This document shows positions 4,831-11,775 of a stretch of DNA of 15,773 nucleotides, in pieces (the first letter of the stretch is position 1; every line of letters begins with the position of its first letter). A model generated the notes under the pieces. The model was not told the DNA's origin. It did no database searches and was given only the letters and a program-made list of their open reading frames with translations. Origin of the DNA: Thermoproteaceae archaeon. GTDB taxonomy: Archaea > Thermoproteota > Thermoprotei > Thermoproteales > Thermoproteaceae. Location of the stretch: NCBI GenBank assembly GCA_020833025.1, contig JAJHRB010000037.1:1-15773 (forward strand). Reading direction: 5' to 3'. A program made the translations under genes and the position numbers.

Positions 4831-5844
4831 CTAGGCGGCGCGCCGGCTCTGAGCGTGCCTCAGAGCCCTGAGCCCCGCCGCGAGCGCGAGCGCCACTACC
4901 GCCGCCATCGACGCGGCAGCTGCGATAGCGGAGGCCCACATCAGCGTGAAGAGATCGCCAGCACTTGCCGGTGCCGCGATCCCCGCGCCCTCCAGGCGCG
5001 CTGCTATCTCTCTGAGCGCGTCTGAGTATCGCACGCTGGAGTTCACAGTCACGACCACGACTCTGGGCTTGAGACCGGCCTCCTCAGCCTTCCTGATGAA
5101 CTGGCTTACCGCCAACGGGACCTCCCCGGCGACAAGCACCGCGAGAGCGGGCGCGCCGCCTTTGATGTACTCGAGCGCGAGCTCTAAGTCGCGCGGTGAC
5201 ACCTCGCCGTGCTCTCTCAACAGGACGACAATATCCCTGTAGCCGAGCCAGTGCAGCACGTACTGCGCGGCGGGAGTGAGCGCGACTGCCCTCCCGCCGA
5301 GCTTGCAGCAGCGGGACGAGTTCAGCTCGCGGAGCCTGCTCACGAATTCCGCGTCCGGCGCGAGCCCCGTCGCGTCCGCCACGGCCGTCACGAGCCTGAT
5401 AACATTCGGCGGATAAAGCCCGTGTTCGTGCAGATTAACGCCGGCGGCGCCGCGCTGCGCCATGTCGGCGCCCCGCACGAGCCTGCCGTCCCACGTCAGG
5501 TACTCGCCGATCTCCCTCACGTTAATAACTCTTGCCCGAATCTCGCCGCGCGTGGCCATTTCGGCAATCTTGAACTCGAACGGCGCGTGCATAGACAGCA
5601 CTATCACGTCGCGCTCTGAGAGCCCCCTCAGCAGCTCCAGATCGGCCAGGCTTAGCTGGTACTCGTGGGGGTCCGCGACGCCTCCCGCCAGGAGCATCAC
5701 GTCGGCATTGGGGAATGCCTCTCTGAGCGCGGCGTCGTACGCGGGGAACGACACCACGATTTTGGCCCCCGCGCCAAGCGCCAGCGCTGCAAGTAATGTA
5801 ACCGCTAATGTAACCGCAATGGCGCGAGCTCCCGGCGGGAGCAT
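4831..5844 (-). CDS. ZnuA/TroA-like metal ABC substrate-binding protein with N-terminal signal peptide and C-terminal hydrophobic anchor (337 aa)
   Basis: Hydrophobic N-terminus, KIVVSFPAYD, GGVADPHEYQLSLADL (cluster A-I SBP signature), NLHEHGLYP, and a C-terminal Ala/Leu-rich helix followed by basic residues. Start at ATG 5844, supported by the TATA at -28. Confidence 0.8.
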   Translation of the reverse strand: MLPPGARAIAVTLAVTLLAALALGAGAKIVVSFPAYDAALREAFPNADVMLLAGGVADPHEYQLSLADLELLRGLSERDVIVLSMHAPFEFKIAEMATRGEIRARVINVREIGEYLTWDGRLVRGADMAQRGAAGVNLHEHGLYPPNVIRLVTAVADATGLAPDAEFVSRLRELNSSRCCKLGGRAVALTPAAQYVLHWLGYRDIVVLLREHGEVSPRDLELALEYIKGGAPALAVLVAGEVPLAVSQFIRKAEEAGLKPRVVVVTVNSSVRYSDALREIAARLEGAGIAAPASAGDLFTLMWASAIAAAASMAAVVALALAAGLRALRHAQSRRAA

Positions 5845-5864
5845 GAACGCGGGATAGCGCCGCG

Positions 5865-5872
5865 TATTTAAG
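5865..5872 (-). promoter_or_regulatory. TATA box (CTTAAATA) for the SBP gene
   Basis: 28 nt before ATG 5844. Confidence 0.6.
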
Positions 5873-5949
5873 CTTGTGCACTGCGGCTGCGGCATTCCGG
5901 CGAGATTTACGCAGCGCCGTGCACGGCGCCGGGCCCGCGCGGGCGGCCT

Positions 5950-5964
5950 AAAAAGATTTAAAAT
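5950..5964 (+). promoter_or_regulatory. BRE + TATA (AAAAAGA-TTTAAAAT) for tRNA-Ala; predicted TSS ~5983-5987
   Basis: Purine-rich BRE directly followed by TTTAAAA, a consensus strong archaeal promoter. Confidence 0.75.
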
Positions 5965-5992
5965 GCTTGCACGTGCTGCACACTGGGCCGGC

Positions 5993-6066
5993 GGGCCGGT
6001 AGTCTAGCGGAAGGATGCCCGCCTTGCGCGCGGGCGACCCGGGTTCGAATCCCGGCCGGTCCACCA
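5993..6066 (+). tRNA. tRNA-Ala (anticodon UGC), intron-less, CCA encoded
   Basis: Acceptor GGGCCGG/CCGGUCC + ACCA, D stem GUCU/GGAU, anticodon arm CCCGC-CU[UGC]GC-GCGGG, 4-nt variable loop CGAC, T arm CCGGG-UUCGAAU-CCCGG. The G3:U70 Ala identity pair is present. Confidence 0.97.
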
Positions 6067-6089
6067 TCAGCTCCTCGAGCAAGGCTTAG

Positions 6090-6157
6090 AGAGCCCGGCC
6101 GACGGCTAGGCGGCGATTCCCTGCGAGTCTTGGGGCCGATCAGGGGGCTCTGAGACA
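6090..6157 (+). ncRNA. Candidate H/ACA-like or other structured sRNA downstream of tRNA-Ala
   Basis: Lower stem AGAGCCC/GGGCUCU, 6x6 internal loop, upper stem CGGC/GCCG, two apical GA dinucleotides, and ACA 16 nt from the top of the internal loop. Hand-folded only. Confidence 0.3.
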
Positions 6158-6193
6158 TATGCACGGCTGAAGCGCGAGTACTTGCGCCGAAAG

Positions 6194-6201
6194 CTTATAA
6201 A
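6194..6201 (+). promoter_or_regulatory. TATA box (CTTATAAA, preceded by GAAAG) for rps13-rps4
   Basis: 29 nt before GTG 6223. Confidence 0.7.
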
Positions 6202-6222
6202 ACATGCCAGGAGGGGAGCGCC

Positions 6223-6675
6223 GTGACGCAAGAGCTGCGCGCAATAGTGAGAATTGGGGACACGGATCTCGACGGGACGAGACAGGTAATGTACGCGCTG
6301 ACGAAAATAAGAGGGATGGGCATAACCACGGCATATGCATTATGCAGAAAGCTGGGCATAGACCCGCACGCCACTCTAGGCACGCTGCCAGACGACCAGA
6401 TAGGCAAGCTCGACTGGGCTGTCCGCAACCTCCACAAGATACTGCCGCCGTGGCTTCTCAATAGAAGGAAAGACCCGGAGACAGGGCGCGACTTGCACCT
6501 AATAGGCGCGGATCTTATCCTGGCCGCTAAGAGAGACGTAGACTTAGTGAAGAAGCTTAAGTGCTGGAGGGGCGTCAGACACGCGCTAGGGCTTAAGGTC
6601 AGAGGCCAGAGGACCGTGACCACGGGCAGAATAGCCCCGGTCGTGGGCGTCGCGAAGGGGAGGCGGCAGCAGTAA
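6223..6675 (+). CDS. rps13: 30S ribosomal protein S13 (uS13)
   Basis: IVRIGDTDLDG, ALTKIRGMG, WLLNRRKDPETG, WRGVRHALGLKVRGQRT. Confidence 0.97.
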   Translation: MTQELRAIVRIGDTDLDGTRQVMYALTKIRGMGITTAYALCRKLGIDPHATLGTLPDDQIGKLDWAVRNLHKILPPWLLNRRKDPETGRDLHLIGADLILAAKRDVDLVKKLKCWRGVRHALGLKVRGQRTVTTGRIAPVVGVAKGRRQQ

Positions 6676-6677
6676 GC

Positions 6678-7205
6678 ATGGGGGGCTTGAGGAAGCCGAG
6701 GAAGAGGTACCTCGACGGCAAGCCGAAGAGGCTGTGGAACAAGCAGCTGCTGCTTGAGGAGCTGCAGCTCGTGGGGGAGTACGGGCTTAGGAGCAAGCGC
6801 GAGCTGTGGCTCGCCAGAGCAATTCTAAAGCGGATAGTCAGGCGCGCGAGAGCCATGCTGGCGCTGCCCCCCGAGGAGAGGGCGGAGGCCGAGAGGAAGT
6901 TCAAGGAGAAGCTATACAAGATGGGCTTCATAGAGGACCCGAACGTAGCGCTGGACAGAATACTCTCGCTGGACGTAAGGACGGTTCTTGAGAGGAGGCT
7001 ACAGACGGTGGTGTACAGGAGGGAATTAGCGAAGTCCGTAAACCACGCGAGACAGCTGATAGTCCACGGCCATGTGCTAATAAACGGCAGAAGGGTCACC
7101 TCGCCGGGATTCCTCGTGCCGAGGGAGCTCGAGGACAAAATAGCGCTAGACCTGGGCGCAAGTCCGGCGCCGCCTCAGGGCGCCGCGGCTGCCCAGCAGG
7201 CCTAG
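6678..7205 (+). CDS. rps4: 30S ribosomal protein S4 (uS4)
   Basis: YGLRSKRELW, LERRLQTVVY, ARQLIVHGHV (S4 domain), VTSPGFLV. Confidence 0.97.
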   Translation: MGGLRKPRKRYLDGKPKRLWNKQLLLEELQLVGEYGLRSKRELWLARAILKRIVRRARAMLALPPEERAEAERKFKEKLYKMGFIEDPNVALDRILSLDVRTVLERRLQTVVYRRELAKSVNHARQLIVHGHVLINGRRVTSPGFLVPRELEDKIALDLGASPAPPQGAAAAQQA

Positions 7206-7477
7206 AGAAGCCTCCCGACCCTCGTTATTCTCCTCATGGCGAGCTCCAGCGCCCACTGCGGCAGCTCATACTTCCGCAGGACGTGCGCGACAAGCTGCTC
7301 TATCCTGTCGCAGTCCGCCCCTCCCTGCTCTCTGCACAGCTTGACCAGGAACTTAGAGCGGGCCTCGAAGAGCTCCGGCGTCATTTTCACGCGCCTGCAC
7401 TCGTGGTCGTACGTGTACCCCCGCTCGAGATCTCTCATGTGGAGGTAGATGTGCGCAGCGGCCTTTGCGAGGTCCAT
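7202..7477 (-). CDS. Small hypothetical protein (~91 aa; alternative in-frame starts at 7498, 7507, 7561)
   Basis: Helical, globular-looking composition (MDLAKAAAHIYLHMRDLERGYTYDHECRR...KLCREQGGADCDRIEQ...) and a stop that overlaps the rps4 stop. No family recognised with certainty, and the start is uncertain. Confidence 0.7.
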   Translation of the reverse strand: MDLAKAAAHIYLHMRDLERGYTYDHECRRVKMTPELFEARSKFLVKLCREQGGADCDRIEQLVAHVLRKYELPQWALELAMRRITRVGRLL

Positions 7478-7634
7478 CCTGCCGCCCGTCACGTACATTC
7501 CCTCCATTATTGCATAGCAGCTGCTAGCGCCCGAGTATATTGACCTCCTCCCCCGCTCCACGCGGCGAGCGCCGCACCGGCTAAATATACCCTGCCCTGC
7601 ACTGAAAATTTTTCCAGAGCAACACCAGCCGCGC

Positions 7635-8363
7635 GTGCAGATTCTCGTCGGCACGTGCGGCTTCGCCCGCTCGAGGCGCGCGATTTACAGCGCGCTTGAC
7701 GCCGTTGAGCTCCAGGAGACGTTTTACAACATGCCCGATCCAGAGAGAATGGCCGCACTGCGCAGAGAGGCGCCGGAGTTTCACTTCACGGCCAAGGTCT
7801 TCCAGGGGCTCACACACCCGCCGGGCAGCCCCACCTTCAAGAGGACCCGCGGCTTCAAGCCGGCGCAGGGCCACGGCCTGCTAAAGCCGACGCGGGAGAA
7901 CTTCGAGCTGTGGCAGCAGTTCTTCGACGCGGTGTCGCGCCTGAGGCCCGAGGTGCTGGTCTTCCAGACCCCGCCGAGCCTGAGGCCCGAGCCGTACATA
8001 CGCGACTTCTTCGCGTCAGTGGCTGGGAGCTTCAGGATAGCCTGGGAGCCGCGCGGCGAGACGTACAGGGATCCCAGGCTGATAGAGGGCGTCGCCGAGC
8101 TCGGCGTTATAATTGTCGTGGACCCGCTGAGGAGGAGCCCCCTGCAGCAGGACGTGCACTATTTCCGCCTCCACGGGCTGGGAGGGCGCGAGGTCAACTA
8201 CAGGTACAAGTACACGCAGGAAGATCTCCGCAGGCTCGCCGACGTTGTCATCGGGCTCGCGGGGAGCAGGGCATACGTGATGTTTAACAACGTGCACATG
8301 TACAGCGACGCGCTGGAGTTCAAGAGGGCCCTCCGGCTCACCGCCTCGAGGGCCTCTGGCTGA
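7635..8363 (+). CDS. DUF72 (YecE/YunF-like) TIM-barrel protein
   Basis: VGTCGF, AVELQETFY, FTAKVFQGLTH, VFQTPPS, AWEPRG, YFRLHG, YRYKY and YVMFNN are the DUF72 motif series. Confidence 0.9.
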   Translation: MQILVGTCGFARSRRAIYSALDAVELQETFYNMPDPERMAALRREAPEFHFTAKVFQGLTHPPGSPTFKRTRGFKPAQGHGLLKPTRENFELWQQFFDAVSRLRPEVLVFQTPPSLRPEPYIRDFFASVAGSFRIAWEPRGETYRDPRLIEGVAELGVIIVVDPLRRSPLQQDVHYFRLHGLGGREVNYRYKYTQEDLRRLADVVIGLAGSRAYVMFNNVHMYSDALEFKRALRLTASRASG

Positions 8364-10167
8364 GAAATCGCGGCATGTAGAGCGGCCTCGCGGGGTACCC
8401 CCTAATCTCCTCCTTTATTCTCCTCGCTAGCTCCTCCACCGTCGCTATATACTGCCCCCGCCCTCTCTCCCTCACCGACAAGACTCCCTCCTGCTCCTCC
8501 CTGCGCCCCACGACGCACACGTACGGAACCCAGCTGGTCTCCGCGTCTCTGATCCTTCTTGCCAGCGTCTCGTCCCTGTCGTCGACGTCAACCCTGATGC
8601 CCTCTGCCTCGAGCCTGTCGGCGACCTCAACGGCGTACCTGAGATTCTCTCTGGTAACGGGAATCACGCGGGCCTGAACCGGCGAGAGCCACGTGGGCAG
8701 GCGCGGCGTCTTGCCCTCCCTTTCCATTCTCGACGCGGTATCAAAGACCATGTAGAGGTACCTCTCGACGCTCCCTATGATTGCCGTGTGGATGATCACG
8801 GGGTATCTCGTCTCGTTCCTCTCGTCCACGTACTTTATGCCGAAGCGCTCCGCATTCCCAACGTCGATCTGGAACGTCGAGATCTCCCTCGGCCTCCCCA
8901 GCTCGTCCACTATGTGAAACTCGGCGTTGAGCACCCAGTAATACTTCCGACCGCGCATTATCCTCAGCAGAACTGGCTTCCCCTCCCTCCTCGCCAGCTC
9001 GACGAGGTAGTCCCTGTTGCTCTCGTAAAAGTCGCGGGTGACGTTGTACAGCGAGACGTAAGTCCTCCCGAGCCTCGCCGCCTCCTTGAATATGACCTCG
9101 TGGAGCCTCAGCGTCATGCCCTTCGCCTCCTCGAGATCCCTCGTGAAGACGTGAAGGTCCGGCATGTAGAACCTCCTGAGCCTGAACAGCAGCGCCGTCT
9201 CGCCGGGCTGCTCGTACCTGTACGAGTCCGCGACCTCCATGATGCCGAGGGGGAGGTGCCTGTAGCTTATCACCCAGTCCCTGACCATTGCAAACTGCTG
9301 GAAGCACGCGGCGTACCTCAGCACGAGGTCCGTGTCCGCCCCCACGATGTAGAGCCTCTCGCCGAATAGCCTCGCGTGGGACTCTATAGCAGGCTCCGAG
9401 AGCCTGAACATGTTCGTCCCGCGTATCCTGAACACCGGCACGCCGATAGACCTCGCGACGAGGTAGGCGTAATCCTCGGCGAGCTCCACCATCACGGCCG
9501 CCTCCGGCCCGTAGCGCATGTGCCCGGCGTCCGACATAGGCTCCCACTCGAAGCCGAACTTGCGCGCGTACTCGAGGTACCTTGGCTCGCCGCCGCCCAG
9601 CTCCTGCCTGAAGACCTCCTTGTCGACAAGCGCCTTCAAGTCCTCGAGACCCCGGTAGTCAAACTCGGCGGGGTCGTGCTCCTCCCCGTCTGACGGCGTC
9701 AGGATCACGTACGTGTCCCGCTCCCCGGCGGCCTCGCCGGCCCCAGCAGCAGCGCCGGGCCTGAAGCTCCTGCTGAGCTCAGAGAGCGGGTGCCCGAAGC
9801 ACTTGAGCTCGAAGGCCTTGTAGTACCCGAAGGGCGCCTTGTAGACCTCGCCGCGGAACTCCGACCTGACGGCCTCGTAAAGCGCGTTAATCACCTCCCT
9901 GGCGGTGTAGGGCCCCGCGAGGTCGCTCGACAGGTGGGCGTATGGATATATCACTATCGACCCGGCCCTCACTCTCTGCGCGACGTCAACTATGTCGCGG
10001 GCGACCTGGCGCAAGAACCCGCCGTCTGCGGAGTCCCCACGCTCGACCGTCACGAAGACGGCGAGCGCGTTCCCGGCGGAGCCCGACGAGGGCTCGTCCC
10101 TTATGTCTAGCGCCGGCTCTCTCGCCTCCCAGCTGAACCTCTCCGCGTGGATGTAGAGCAGGCGCAC
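8338..10167 (-). CDS. thrS: Threonyl-tRNA synthetase with fused archaeal N-terminal editing domain (609 aa)
   Basis: GTG start RLLYIHAERF, YPYAHLSS and APFGYYKAF (archaeal editing domain). Catalytic motifs RYAACFQQF, SYRYEQPGE, RLRRFYMPDLH, FQID and IIHTAIIGSVER. C-terminal anticodon-binding domain LPTWLSPVQ...VGRRE. Confidence 0.97.
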   Translation of the reverse strand: MRLLYIHAERFSWEAREPALDIRDEPSSGSAGNALAVFVTVERGDSADGGFLRQVARDIVDVAQRVRAGSIVIYPYAHLSSDLAGPYTAREVINALYEAVRSEFRGEVYKAPFGYYKAFELKCFGHPLSELSRSFRPGAAAGAGEAAGERDTYVILTPSDGEEHDPAEFDYRGLEDLKALVDKEVFRQELGGGEPRYLEYARKFGFEWEPMSDAGHMRYGPEAAVMVELAEDYAYLVARSIGVPVFRIRGTNMFRLSEPAIESHARLFGERLYIVGADTDLVLRYAACFQQFAMVRDWVISYRHLPLGIMEVADSYRYEQPGETALLFRLRRFYMPDLHVFTRDLEEAKGMTLRLHEVIFKEAARLGRTYVSLYNVTRDFYESNRDYLVELARREGKPVLLRIMRGRKYYWVLNAEFHIVDELGRPREISTFQIDVGNAERFGIKYVDERNETRYPVIIHTAIIGSVERYLYMVFDTASRMEREGKTPRLPTWLSPVQARVIPVTRENLRYAVEVADRLEAEGIRVDVDDRDETLARRIRDAETSWVPYVCVVGRREEQEGVLSVRERGRGQYIATVEELARRIKEEIRGYPARPLYMPRFLSQRPSRR

Positions 10168-10238
10168 GTGCGCTTGGAGTCCCAGCTTAATTTGCGTGCC
10201 GCCGGCGCGCAACGCATACTATCCCCTCCCCGGGCGCG

Positions 10239-10632
10239 CTGCGGGCACTGCTCCTGGCGCTGGCGCTGCGCCGCGCTCGCCGCGGCCGTCGCCGCACCCT
10301 TCCTCCTCAGCGCGTTCTTCGAGCCGGCGTTTCTGTGGTACCCCGCCGCCGTTCTGGCGTCATTCGCGTGGTTTGTGTACCTCTCGTCGAGACTGTACGG
10401 CGCTCTGTGGGGCTTCCTGTACGCCATCGCCGTTGGCCTCCTCCATCTAGCGATCCTGGCGGCGCTGAACGCCGCGAGCGGCGGGCTTCTGTGGCGCGCC
10501 TACGAGGTGGGCTTCGACGTGTACGAGAGGTGGAACGTGCCTGTCGTCACCGCCGCCGACTCGGCGGCCATGTGGGCCTCGGCGGAGGCGCTCGCGAGGC
10601 CGTGGCGCAGGCTCGCAAGGCGGGCGCCGTGA
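10239..10632 (+). pseudogene. Multi-pass membrane protein, apparently frameshifted near 10269 and lacking a clean start
   Basis: The hydrophobic run LRALLLALAL (10239-10268) continues as AALAAAVAAPFLL... only after skipping C10269. The continuous ORF instead has an implausible CGHCSWRWRC N-terminus and overlaps thrS head-to-head. The C-terminal ~120 aa are clearly membrane-protein-like. A sequencing error is equally possible. Confidence 0.45.
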
Positions 10633-10658
10633 GGCAAACGAGGGGCGAAAATCGAATC

Positions 10659-11048
10659 TCAAGAAGGTTGAAATGTAGGCGTGTGTAGTCCCATCAGCAG
10701 CGCCTCCGTTGGTCTCAGCCTCTTCATCACGGGGTCGGGCGCCAGGCCGAGCTGCTCCATAGTCACGCTGCCAAGCAGGTTCACCTCCTCGTCCCCGAAT
10801 ACCGCCGGCGTCGCGCTCGCTCTGTAGCCCTCTATCTCTATGCCGACCTCCCCCAGCGGCCTCTCAATGACCCTGCCGTCGGCTAGTCTGAGCCTGACGG
10901 TCCTGACCGGAATCACGCCGAGGCTTGCCAGTGTCGATGCATGTATTACCGTGTACGTAGCCCCCGTGTCAACCAGCAGCTCCAGCTCAGCCCTCCTCGC
11001 CGGGTCTGCCGGGTTCCACACCACGGCCCTCACGGTGAACGTGCCCAC
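10659..11048 (-). CDS. Clan AA (retropepsin-like) aspartic protease, single domain
   Basis: Catalytic LVDTGATYT motif, RLADGR flap-like segment, and LLGSVTMEQLGL C-terminal motif. Confidence 0.88.
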   Translation of the reverse strand: MGTFTVRAVVWNPADPARRAELELLVDTGATYTVIHASTLASLGVIPVRTVRLRLADGRVIERPLGEVGIEIEGYRASATPAVFGDEEVNLLGSVTMEQLGLAPDPVMKRLRPTEALLMGLHTPTFQPS

Positions 11049-11092
11049 CAGGGCCAGTCTCCTGGAGTTTTTTTATCCCTTATAACGCTGCG

Positions 11093-11668
11093 CTAATCAA
11101 TGTAAATCCCGTTCCTCCTCAGCCTTCTCAGTATCCCCTCGGCGTCGTCTGGGAAGAGCTCCGAGTACCTCCTCATCTTGCTGTAGTCGAGCTTGATGTT
11201 GCGCTCCAGCGCCATCCTGGCCACGCTGTTTATGAACTCCTCGGCCTCCCTGGTCGCAACCTTAGCCTTGAGCACGAGCAGCTCCTCCAGCCCTATCGCC
11301 ATGACCTTAACGCCGTCCGCGTCGACCTCCCTGGCGCTCCTGACGAGCTCCTCCGGGATGTACACGTCGAGCACGTTCTCGAGGAGGTCTACTCTCACGA
11401 TGTCGCCGCCGACAACCAGCTCGTAGTACAGGGTTCCGTGCTCCGACGTCCCCACGTCCCAGTCGTTCTCCCGCGCTATCTCATCGAAGAGCTCGCTGTC
11501 CAGAATCGTCGATTTGTTAAGTATGAAGAGATCTATGTCGTGCGGGTCGTAGTCGAGCCTGTAGACCACGGGAAGCACGGCGCTCCCCACCAGCACGAAC
11601 TCGATGCCGCGCCTTTTCAACTCTCTCGCTACAATGCCGAGCGTCCGCACGTATTTCTCCTGGCGCAT
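11093..11668 (-). CDS. Pol-beta-superfamily nucleotidyltransferase, DUF2204-like (191 aa)
   Basis: FVLVGSAVL, HDIDLF (DxD), RVDLLEN and LEELLVLKAK. Start trimmed to ATG 11668. Confidence 0.78.
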   Translation of the reverse strand: MRQEKYVRTLGIVARELKRRGIEFVLVGSAVLPVVYRLDYDPHDIDLFILNKSTILDSELFDEIARENDWDVGTSEHGTLYYELVVGGDIVRVDLLENVLDVYIPEELVRSAREVDADGVKVMAIGLEELLVLKAKVATREAEEFINSVARMALERNIKLDYSKMRRYSELFPDDAEGILRRLRRNGIYID

Positions 11669-11775
11669 GTTACTACTGCCCTGCACGTTTTTCAATTAAC
11701 CCTCGCAGTGTAAAGGCCTGCTAGAGCACTACATGAAGAGTAACAAAATTTTTAGCCCGCGGCTGCGCTATTGCC

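Noticed and set aside
4680-4871. 63-codon plus-strand ORF MGPLRGHG...
   Set aside because: The ATG abuts the TATA tract of the C/D sRNA, the ORF overlaps the SBP stop, and no motif is recognisable. It cannot be fully excluded as a gene remnant.
5993-6066. tRNA-Ala as an integration site, or an intron-containing tRNA
   Set aside because: No second copy of the tRNA 3' end and no integrase in the window; the cloverleaf is complete without an intron.
8338-10212. 624-aa thrS start and the long overlapping ORFs inside thrS, pgk, HDAC and prs
   Set aside because: The conserved N-terminus and TATA spacing favour GTG 10167. The other ORFs are high-GC alternate-frame or antisense shadows.
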